Positions 1-6,834 of a stretch of DNA of 23,287 nt are shown here, one piece after another. Under the pieces are notes generated by a model. The model worked only from the letters and a program-made list of their open reading frames with translations. It did not search any database and was not told the origin of the DNA. The DNA is taken from the IMG/VR virus record IMGVR_UViG_3300038415_000320, one strand, 5' to 3'. The position numbers and the translations under genes were made by a program. Source of the stretch: an uncultured virus (IMG/VR IMGVR_UViG_3300038415_000320) (taxonomy: Duplodnaviria > Heunggongvirae > Uroviricota > Caudoviricetes). Position 1 is the stretch's first letter. Every line of letters begins with the position of its first letter.

Positions 1-579
1 GATACCAAGGCCTCCCATGCCACTGATCGAACGAATGGCCTTGGCTAGCGCAGCTTCATCGTAAGAACACTGCTCGATAAGCACCGCTAAGACAATGGAC
101 AAATCGCCTTTGTGAATAACCCCCAGAGCCGCCAATGGATCTACCAACCACATCGCCAATAGTCGCAATTGATATCGCTTGAGCTGAGAAATCGTCTTTA
201 CTTCTCGACTCGGCTCCGCCTCAAGATCTGTCATGGCCCATCCCTCGCGAGACAACACAGTCAAATACGAGGTCAGATCTTCAAGCTTGCAAACCTTCGC
301 CACCGCATTCACCATCCACGGGTCGACCTTCTTTTGTTCGAAAAAGGCACCTCTCAACAATGAATCGATAATCTGCTGGTTTTTATCAGCATCAGCTGAT
401 TCTTGATTTCGATACACAACAACTGCCATACCGTTGATTCTACCTTTCACGGTATACCGAATCCTCGGATCTGCAGTCTCATCCCAAAAAACCGACAGGT
501 CTTCAGAATTGTACCGCAACTCCGTCGCCACTGAACGCAGCACTGACTCTGGATTGAAATCACTAGATACAATGGACAT
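1..579 (-). CDS. Hypothetical protein, 3'-truncated by the window edge (MSIVSSDFNPESVLRSVATELRYNSEDLSVFWDE...)
   Basis: Not in the ORF track. ATG at 579-577 is preceded by GGAG (ggagctaacacATG), directly after the exonuclease stop. Manual translation gives 193 codons with no stop up to position 1. Confidence 0.8.
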   Translation of the reverse strand, partial: MSIVSSDFNPESVLRSVATELRYNSEDLSVFWDETADPRIRYTVKGRINGMAVVVYRNQESADADKNQQIIDSLLRGAFFEQKKVDPWMVNAVAKVCKLEDLTSYLTVLSREGWAMTDLEAEPSREVKTISQLKRYQLRLLAMWLVDPLAALGVIHKGDLSIVLAVLIEQCSYDEAALAKAIRSISGMGGLGI

Positions 580-589
580 GTGTTAGCTC

Positions 590-1405
590 CTACAACTTGA
601 GGCGATCCCAATCGAGAGTGATCGCTTCTTTTATCGTTGGACTCAACTCAAACGTTTCCAAACTCTGATTGTATGACGCTGCCACGATCTTACCAACATG
701 AAACCTAGACCTCAACCAAACCAGCGCTGTCTGAATCGAATCCTGCAAGCAATACCGACCTACACTCAGCTGGATGCTCTCCAGATCGCTGTTATGATCT
801 GCTACTGAATCGTTGTAGATCTTCTCGATAGATGCCCCCGACATGTCCGTCTTCCCCGGCAGCCCCATCAAACGAGCTGCATCGTGAAGCTTCATCGGCC
901 TCGTCGCTCCATAATCCGACAGAAAATCCATAAGGTCAAAATGACCTTCCGTCGAATACCGATAACGAACATCCTTGGTGGCATAGTACCAAGCACAAGC
1001 AATTCGATGCTTAAAGGATCGCATCGCAATCACCGGCAGATCGAAAGTTCGACCATTCCAGGTCACCAAATGAACATCCGGCGCCATCGCTCCCACAAAC
1101 GTCGATAACAATCGATGCTCATCAGCATCAAGTGCCACTAGATCGCGAGACCACCGACACTCTGAATAACACCTGAGATATTGATACTTGGGCGTCGCTC
1201 CCGGATCGAAAGACACATCCACATAACTAATCGCAACCACCCGCTGAGCATGCGGCGGTGGAAAAGCTTCAACCTTCACAAGCTCCATCCCACCCCCACC
1301 TCTTGATGCCTCAGGATGTATCGGCATCAACTTGTAGACCGGCTCCCCCGGCGTCCATACAAGAAAATCTGGAATCGTTTCAATATCCGTAATCCGAAAA
1401 ATCAT
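590..1405 (-). CDS. Stand-alone DnaQ-like 3'-5' exonuclease related to the PolB exonuclease domain (DNA_pol_B_exo2/COG3298-like)
   Basis: ExoI TDIETIPD, ExoII LVTWNGRTFDLPVI, the HFDLMDFL...KLHDAARLMGLPGK segment and ExoIII YCLQD (DEDDy). Confidence 0.88.
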   Translation of the reverse strand: MIFRITDIETIPDFLVWTPGEPVYKLMPIHPEASRGGGGMELVKVEAFPPPHAQRVVAISYVDVSFDPGATPKYQYLRCYSECRWSRDLVALDADEHRLLSTFVGAMAPDVHLVTWNGRTFDLPVIAMRSFKHRIACAWYYATKDVRYRYSTEGHFDLMDFLSDYGATRPMKLHDAARLMGLPGKTDMSGASIEKIYNDSVADHNSDLESIQLSVGRYCLQDSIQTALVWLRSRFHVGKIVAASYNQSLETFELSPTIKEAITLDWDRLKL

Positions 1406-1456
1406 CCAAACACACTTTCACCAAAAATAGATGGAGATGTTGAAAGCACTGATATG

Positions 1457-1485
1457 TTTTTACTCCTCAGGAACCAAAGTGTCAA
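1457..1485 (-). promoter_or_regulatory. Putative sigma70-type promoter for the exonuclease operon
   Basis: Minus strand TTGACA-N17-TAAAAA in the intergenic gap. Confidence 0.5.
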
Positions 1486-2415
1486 CTACTCGTTTTTCGC
1501 TCTAGTGCCGGGCGTCGAAGCCGACGAGCCGTCTCTCAACCCATCCTCGTCTAGTAGCGGCAACTTTACCAACCGCCGAGCCAACTGATAACCCCGCCTG
1601 TATGCTCCATCATCCTCAGCGTTTTCCAGATCTAACCTTACCTTGCGAGGCGCATATTTAGACTTGACTTTTTCGCGATGCCGCTCAGAACCGTCTGTCT
1701 TCTCGGACCTCGCTAACACCAAACTCAACGATTGAGTCATCACCGCCGATGCCGGCAACTCCGACACTACTTTTCGGTCTGACTTCTTCCACGGCCACAA
1801 CTTCGAAAACAACCCTGCCTTTTCAGACTCTTCTGAAAATGTCTCCGGGACCGGTGATGGAGCCTCAGTCGTCTCACTCTTCGGCTCTCTCGCATTCCGC
1901 CTCTTCCTCCCAAACCGTTCAGGCTGTTGCTGCATCATCAGCTCGATGATAGCCACGGTAGCGCCCCGCCGAAATGAATCTAGATAAACCTCCGGAGGGG
2001 TACAAACAATCACACTAGGATTAAGCACCCACGAGGCCTCAAGCTTCTCTAGATCTCTAAGACTCGTCATCAACGAGCCAAACAACTCAGCTGCCCGCTC
2101 TACATTCGATCGCTCTCCGACAAGTCGCAACTTACGACGCTTCCCCACCTGCAACGATATCGCCTCGCATCCGCAAAAACGAGCCGTAGCAGTAATGAGC
2201 GAGAACTTCCACACCGACTCGAACCCCTTCACACCCATCGGCAATTCATAGAAACCTGAACTTGTCGAATCTGTTACATCATCTTTCGATAGTCCATGCT
2301 TCACCATAAGACCATCAGCCATTTTTTTGGCTGTGGCTGCCTCATTAACATTCGGCGAATCAGCCAATGCCAATAGCTTAACAACCCGATTGAGAATACG
2401 CTCGCGTTCAGTCAT
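1486..2415 (-). CDS. DUF2786 domain protein (N-terminal DUF2786 plus the typical downstream domain)
   Basis: N-terminus RILNRVVKLLALADSPNVNEAATAKKMADGLMVKHGLS matches the DUF2786 pattern. Later W...L..A.A.F.GC, SFRRG and C-terminal AYRRGY motifs are typical of this family. Confidence 0.8.
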   Translation of the reverse strand: MTERERILNRVVKLLALADSPNVNEAATAKKMADGLMVKHGLSKDDVTDSTSSGFYELPMGVKGFESVWKFSLITATARFCGCEAISLQVGKRRKLRLVGERSNVERAAELFGSLMTSLRDLEKLEASWVLNPSVIVCTPPEVYLDSFRRGATVAIIELMMQQQPERFGRKRRNAREPKSETTEAPSPVPETFSEESEKAGLFSKLWPWKKSDRKVVSELPASAVMTQSLSLVLARSEKTDGSERHREKVKSKYAPRKVRLDLENAEDDGAYRRGYQLARRLVKLPLLDEDGLRDGSSASTPGTRAKNE

Positions 2416-2474
2416 GAATTCTCAGAGATCGCTTATCTTAAACAGCTATTGCAAGCCAAAAGTAACAAAGGCTA

Positions 2475-2756
2475 CTATTCAGCCAACCGATCAATGACAC
2501 CGTGACGAATTCCCAACCTGGCCGTGCCTTCACGCCCAGAGTATTTCAAAGGCACATTCGACCCCCTCAATGGAAAAATGAAGGTTGTACCCCGCCCAGC
2601 CACTCGCAGTGAAGCGTCATCCGTAGTGACTGTCAATCCCATACGATCGAATATGTCAGCGCACATCTCAAACGCCAGGTCTTGGGCAACTTGTAAGGTG
2701 CCCCCATCATACTTTCCACTGGTTGCTAATTCTTCCCATCTGTCAAGCATGAACAT
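2475..2756 (-). CDS. Hypothetical protein (93 aa)
   Basis: AAGGAG RBS upstream; abuts the upstream gene. Confidence 0.65.
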   Translation of the reverse strand: MFMLDRWEELATSGKYDGGTLQVAQDLAFEMCADIFDRMGLTVTTDDASLRVAGRGTTFIFPLRGSNVPLKYSGREGTARLGIRHGVIDRLAE

Positions 2757-2757
2757 G

Positions 2758-3162
2758 TCAATTCTCCTTCGTATTCGAAGTTGTTCCGGCCACTTGAGCG
2801 CCTAGCCCTATCGCCTCGTGGATCCGAGCATGAATCACCTCTCCCAAGTCAGCCCACTTCTTGCCATTGGTCGCTGTTGGCACCTCTGCCAATAGCCCCA
2901 CATGAGCCGCTAAACCGGTCAGCTCCGCCCTGGTCTTCAAGCACTCAGCCACCAAGGTCGAAAGATCTTCCGATATCTGACCGAGAGACAGGTTCAAGCT
3001 GTAAAGCTTAACTGACGGATCATCAATTGCCTGTATCCGATAGTTGTGACCAGTCTCTGATTCAAAAACAATGTTAACCCTGCGAGCCCGAACCATCTGC
3101 TCAAACAGAGCCTGAGGCACCACCTCTTCTGGCAATTGCAAATAATACATCCTTGAACCCAT
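2758..3162 (-). CDS. Hypothetical protein (start revised to MGSRMYY...)
   Basis: ATG at 3162 has an AAGAAGG RBS. The longer GTG start at 3294 would run through an RNA hairpin. Confidence 0.65.
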   Translation of the reverse strand: MGSRMYYLQLPEEVVPQALFEQMVRARRVNIVFESETGHNYRIQAIDDPSVKLYSLNLSLGQISEDLSTLVAECLKTRAELTGLAAHVGLLAEVPTATNGKKWADLGEVIHARIHEAIGLGAQVAGTTSNTKEN

Positions 3163-3223
3163 TTCAAAACCTTCTTTCCACGCCGAAAATACAGAATGCA
3201 ATAAGCGAGAAAATCTTGAACTC

Positions 3224-3281
3224 AAAACCAAATAGCCCTGCTGAACCCCATTGGAACAATTAAACAAGGCTATTTGGTTCC
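3224..3281 (-). terminator. Long RNA stem-loop, probable terminator after the Lys-rich Zn-finger gene
   Basis: Perfect 12-bp inverted repeat AACCAAATAGCC (3226-3237)/GGCTATTTGGTT (3268-3279). It extends through G:U pairs only on the minus strand and ends in GGTTTT. Confidence 0.6.
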
Positions 3282-3311
3282 TACTCCCAAACACTATAGC
3301 TCTAACAAGCC

Positions 3312-4400
3312 CTAGTAGTCGTCATCCTGATAGGTAACATGTTCATGTCCCCAGTCGTTATCCAGATCTGAAGCTAAATCAGCCATATCCAAATCCTTAC
3401 CCCCAGACATCTCCACCTTCGGATCGGCCGACAGATCGGATGTCTTGACCACCTTCTTGACTGCCTTCTTGGATACCCCCTTGGCTACCTTCTTGGACCC
3501 CTTCTTGGCTGCCGCCTTGACCACCTTCTGAGCCCCCTTCGAACCCCCCTTTTGGACCGTATCCACCACCTTTGTGACCCTCACTTTGTCCGCCTTCTTG
3601 TCCAGCCCATCAGCGACGGTAACAGGTGCCTTCTTAACCTGTTTCTTGTCCTTGCCCTTGTCCACGAACTTGTCCGCACCTTTGACCCGAGACTTGTCAG
3701 ATCCTTTGACCCATCGCTTAACTGTTTTGGTCGATGTCAACTTAGACTTGACAGCTACCTTTTTAGCTGAAACAACCCCTTTGCCCTTGACAGCCAATTT
3801 AGCTGGCTTCTTGCGACTCAACACCACCGTCTTCTTGATCACTGACTGAATCTTCTTCGATCGCTTGGAGCCCCCAAGCTTGGCCGCCTTGCGCTCTTTG
3901 CGATACTTGGCAATTTTGGTTTTAGACACATCCTGATGATCACTACACACCATTCCAAAGATTGAAGCGGCCACTTTCTTACAACCTGGCACCGGACAGA
4001 GAACCTTCGCCCTTGGCTTACGGGTCTTTTTCTCCACCGTCGCTGCTTCAACCGACCAACCACCAACCTTCCCATACGTGGCATTCAGCAACATCTTCTG
4101 TCGCGACAACTGCTTCCTATCCTTACGATATTTGGCAATCTTGCTCTTGGCCACCTTCTTGTGCTCACGGCACACCATCCCGAAGATTGGAGCTGCCACA
4201 CCTGTACAGCCAGGCACAGGACAAATCTGCTTCGGCCGGCCTGACTTAGCGACACTCCTCTCAGAGGTTAGAACTCCAGGACCTGGCGATCCAAAAGCCG
4301 ACTCCACCGCCGCCCTGGCCCGAGCTATCGAAGCGGCCTCAACAGCAGCCACCAATTTCATCACAAATGCAGATACCAAACTTTCAATCTCAGTGCTCAT
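3312..4400 (-). CDS. Basic histone-like/nucleoid-type protein with two CPVPGC-x11-C-x2-H Zn-finger repeats, a Lys/Val/Ala-rich region and an acidic tail
   Basis: AAGGAGG RBS before ATG 4400 (MSTEIES). Two 37-aa repeats at 4113-4223 and 3888-3998, a very Lys-rich middle and a DLDNDWG..YQDDDY tail. The architecture recalls the myxobacterial VegA protein. Confidence 0.7.
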   Translation of the reverse strand: MSTEIESLVSAFVMKLVAAVEAASIARARAAVESAFGSPGPGVLTSERSVAKSGRPKQICPVPGCTGVAAPIFGMVCREHKKVAKSKIAKYRKDRKQLSRQKMLLNATYGKVGGWSVEAATVEKKTRKPRAKVLCPVPGCKKVAASIFGMVCSDHQDVSKTKIAKYRKERKAAKLGGSKRSKKIQSVIKKTVVLSRKKPAKLAVKGKGVVSAKKVAVKSKLTSTKTVKRWVKGSDKSRVKGADKFVDKGKDKKQVKKAPVTVADGLDKKADKVRVTKVVDTVQKGGSKGAQKVVKAAAKKGSKKVAKGVSKKAVKKVVKTSDLSADPKVEMSGGKDLDMADLASDLDNDWGHEHVTYQDDDY

Positions 4401-4441
4401 TGGATCCTCCTTCAAAAACAAACTGAAAAACAAGTTGATAA

Positions 4442-4470
4442 AGTTTCGCATGACAAGAACAAAGGGTCAA
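4442..4470 (-). promoter_or_regulatory. Putative promoter of the histone-like gene
   Basis: TTGACC-N17-GAAACT with an extended TG, immediately after the terminator. Confidence 0.45.
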
Positions 4471-4474
4471 GTAT

Positions 4475-4513
4475 AAAAAGAAACGGCGCTGTCCAAAGGC
4501 CAGCGCCGTTTCT
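4475..4513 (-). terminator. Rho-independent terminator
   Basis: 13-bp perfect stem AGAAACGGCGCTG/CAGCGCCGTTTCT followed by a U-tract on the minus strand, about 20 nt after the stop at 4536. Confidence 0.85.
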
Positions 4514-4535
4514 CTCAACTACTAACCGATCAGTC

Positions 4536-5102
4536 CTACCGCCGCGTCAAATACTGGCGCGGGCAATATCCGTAGAACTTACCATCTTCGCCCTTGAGCA
4601 TGACCTGGACGATCATCTTGTTTACCTGATCTACAGAACCAGCCACCAGTTTCACGGTCCCATCAGCCAATCCATCGATAAAGCTGTATCGACCCTCATG
4701 TTCCGGAAGAATCCGAATCAAATCGCCTTCTTTAATCGCGTCCTTAGCAACTGACGCAGAAGGCACCCAACCCGACGTCTTCAACCCATAAAACACATCG
4801 CGCCATGTCTCAACCTGTGCCAAAAAGGCACTTGCCACAGAGCACACAGCTTCAGGAGCGCCACGAGAAGCTGTTTGCTTGGCCATCTCAGCCACCATCG
4901 CATAGACCTTGTCTGCTTTCTCGCAAAGTCGCACTGGCAGTGGCCCAAGTGGTGATCGTGGCTTACGTGTCTTCACGGGCTTCGGCGCCGTATCTTCAAC
5001 CTTGTCCGACGGTTCTCCCGGTTCAGCCTGAACCGATCCTTCCTCCCCAACCTCAGTAGCCCTCTCAGCACTCTTGCTCGAATTCTTGTTCTTCTTGCTC
5101 AT
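4536..5102 (-). CDS. Hypothetical protein: disordered N-terminus, helical middle, possible SH3/KOW-like C-terminal barrel
   Basis: AGGAGAG RBS, own promoter and terminator. The C-terminal IKEGDLIRIL...VQVML...GYCPRQYL pattern looks beta-rich. Confidence 0.75.
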   Translation of the reverse strand: MSKKNKNSSKSAERATEVGEEGSVQAEPGEPSDKVEDTAPKPVKTRKPRSPLGPLPVRLCEKADKVYAMVAEMAKQTASRGAPEAVCSVASAFLAQVETWRDVFYGLKTSGWVPSASVAKDAIKEGDLIRILPEHEGRYSFIDGLADGTVKLVAGSVDQVNKMIVQVMLKGEDGKFYGYCPRQYLTRR

Positions 5103-5166
5103 CAAACTCTCCTATCATGTGTGGGTCTTTCACGAACATTACAAGACAAAACGACTTGGAATAACT

Positions 5167-5195
5167 ATTTTCCATCTCGCTTAACGAAGAGTCAA
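5167..5195 (-). promoter_or_regulatory. Putative sigma70-type promoter
   Basis: TTGACT-N17-GAAAAT, with a T-rich UP-like tract upstream. Confidence 0.5.
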
Positions 5196-5220
5196 GAAAA
5201 AAGATGACACCTCTAAATCT

Positions 5221-5532
5221 TTAGTCTGAACAACCGGCCGACCCACCACTTAAACCACATCGGTTACACACCACTACTCGAACTCTATCCGAGGGAGATG
5301 TTAGAACATCGCACGTGTGACAACGCATAGGTTCTTTAGGCTCTTCAAACTTATTCACCCGCTTCGATGCTAAAAGTGCCATGCGAGCTGCCAAGTCGAC
5401 GACAACCTTTTGAGATGTCACTGGACTCAGGTGCGGTTGCATCATTATGGCCAGCTCGGTCGCCAGGGTTGCAACCCGAGCATCATATTCAAAATCAATC
5501 AACAACTGAGCCGGAGGATTCTTACTCGACAT
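5221..5532 (-). CDS. Small protein with a C-terminal Zn ribbon (CHTC...CNRCG)
   Basis: Start revised to MSSKNPP with an AAGGA RBS; two CxxC pairs. Confidence 0.6.
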   Translation of the reverse strand: MSSKNPPAQLLIDFEYDARVATLATELAIMMQPHLSPVTSQKVVVDLAARMALLASKRVNKFEEPKEPMRCHTCDVLTSPSDRVRVVVCNRCGLSGGSAGCSD

Positions 5533-5643
5533 CCTGATCCTTTGGCGACTTACTAGAAAGCAAGATTTTTCCAGCTTGATACCCAGCCAACCACCCGACC
5601 AGCATTCCAACTAAAAAGAAAGACGCCACCACAATAAAGCTGG

Positions 5644-5910
5644 TCATTCGCGCTCCTCACGTTTCGAATGTCCCGAACGTCCCATCGTCACGGCCTGCAA
5701 ATCGATTTTAAGGATTGACATTCGCCTATACAGGTGTCGCCGACTTATGCCTAGCGAGTCTGCTGTTTTAGCCCGAGAACAAGCATTCAGCTGTAGCGCT
5801 TGGATAATGACGATCCTTTCATAGGTCGCCATGATCTCCGCAAGCGTCTTCGGCGTGGTCCCCACCTGAGGCACCTTTCGAAGACCGGCTGTGACGCCTC
5901 GTTTGCTCAT
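5644..5910 (-). CDS. Stand-alone Fis-type helix-turn-helix protein (HTH_8)
   Basis: TLAEIMATYERIVIIQALQLNACSRAKTADSLGISRRHLYRRM matches the Fis/NtrC C-terminal HTH. Start uncertain (5910 or 5973). Confidence 0.8.
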   Translation of the reverse strand: MSKRGVTAGLRKVPQVGTTPKTLAEIMATYERIVIIQALQLNACSRAKTADSLGISRRHLYRRMSILKIDLQAVTMGRSGHSKREERE

Positions 5911-5994
5911 GGGGTTAACATCTGTCTCTACATCCGAAATGCTATCCACGTCAAGCCCGCCGACATAAACCAAAGGATTTCAAGGTAAATGATC

Positions 5995-6381
5995 TTAAAT
6001 TGCTATACGCCTCATAGATCCAAGTGGATATGCAAAGTCATCAAACCGAGCCTTTAGATCTGATGGTAAGATCCGACGAATTGTCTTCAAACCACTCTGA
6101 TGATCTTGTTGTTCCGCCCACAACATACCATGCGTCATTCCCAAGTCTGTATAAAACACGGTTAAATCACAGACCCCACGCATTTTCTGTCTCCAAGCAA
6201 ACCCCTTCAATCTGAACTCATCAGTTTCTGGCCAATAAGCAGTACAGTTACCATGACTGGAAACGGGAACCTCTCCCAACGTGGCAGAGTGAAACTCACA
6301 CCACGCAAGGTATCTGAGGTTTTGGTTGCGATCACCTGACCGGTAGGGACTCTCAATCATAACTAACGGCGGCATAGTCAC
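5995..6381 (-). CDS. Phage protein of the DUF4406/DUF7768-like group (nucleoside deoxyribosyltransferase-like fold)
   Basis: VMIESPY..., GEVPVSSH and CDLTVFYTDLGMTHGM..E motifs. Confidence 0.65.
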   Translation of the reverse strand: MTMPPLVMIESPYRSGDRNQNLRYLAWCEFHSATLGEVPVSSHGNCTAYWPETDEFRLKGFAWRQKMRGVCDLTVFYTDLGMTHGMLWAEQQDHQSGLKTIRRILPSDLKARFDDFAYPLGSMRRIAI

Positions 6382-6662
6382 TTCTCCTTATCTCCATCGG
6401 AACGACCTTTTCTAAGAATCTGTATAGCCTTTAAGTTCTCGTACAGCTGCTGTCCCTTCTCAGCCCGATACCTCTGATAAGCCAGCTCCTGCCTCAGATT
6501 CCAAATCTCCTTGTTCTTCTTTCGCAGCTCCGTCCGCAAAGACTCGCACTCGTCAGCCACTGGGACGCTCTTAATCACACCCCCAGCGTCCACAGCCTCT
6601 TCAGCCCTCGCTTGAAAACTCAATGGCACCAATAAAAGGACACCTAACAGTCTACATAGCAT
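6378..6662 (-). CDS. Small exported protein with signal peptide and coiled coil
   Basis: AAGGAGG RBS before MLCRLLGVLLLVPLSFQARA (hydrophobic core, A-x-A cleavage site), followed by a heptad-like helix. Confidence 0.65.
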   Translation of the reverse strand: MLCRLLGVLLLVPLSFQARAEEAVDAGGVIKSVPVADECESLRTELRKKNKEIWNLRQELAYQRYRAEKGQQLYENLKAIQILRKGRSDGDKEK

Positions 6663-6813
6663 CGTCACAATCCTCCTTATCACCCTGCTCATCGGGTTCG
6701 AAATCTGGGCAAGTACAACCGTCAATCATACATAGCAACCCGGGATTCTCGGTTTCAGGTTCCAGATCGATCTGATATCCTGCTGCTTCATGTCCGCAAA
6801 TACATAAAGTCAT
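6652..6813 (-). CDS. 53-aa Cys-rich Zn-finger microprotein (MTLCICGHEAAGYQIDLEPETENPGLLCMIDGCTCPDFEPDEQGDKEDCDDAM)
   Basis: Manual translation, below the ORF-track cutoff. CxCGH...C-x3-GCxCxxF motif. Fills the gap after polB and overlaps the next gene's start. Confidence 0.65.
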   Translation of the reverse strand: MTLCICGHEAAGYQIDLEPETENPGLLCMIDGCTCPDFEPDEQGDKEDCDDAM

Positions 6814-6834
6814 GTCTTAATCATTTCGCCTCGC

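Noticed and set aside
3163..3294. Longer GTG start for the 2758 ORF
   Set aside because: It runs through a terminator-like hairpin, and ATG 3162 has an RBS.
5644..5910. Remnant of a sigma54 activator (pseudogene)
   Set aside because: No AAA+ or GAFTGA remnant lies upstream; it is better read as an intact stand-alone Fis-type HTH.
6378..6662. Spanin or lysis gene
   Set aside because: No endolysin, holin or lipobox-containing partner is nearby.
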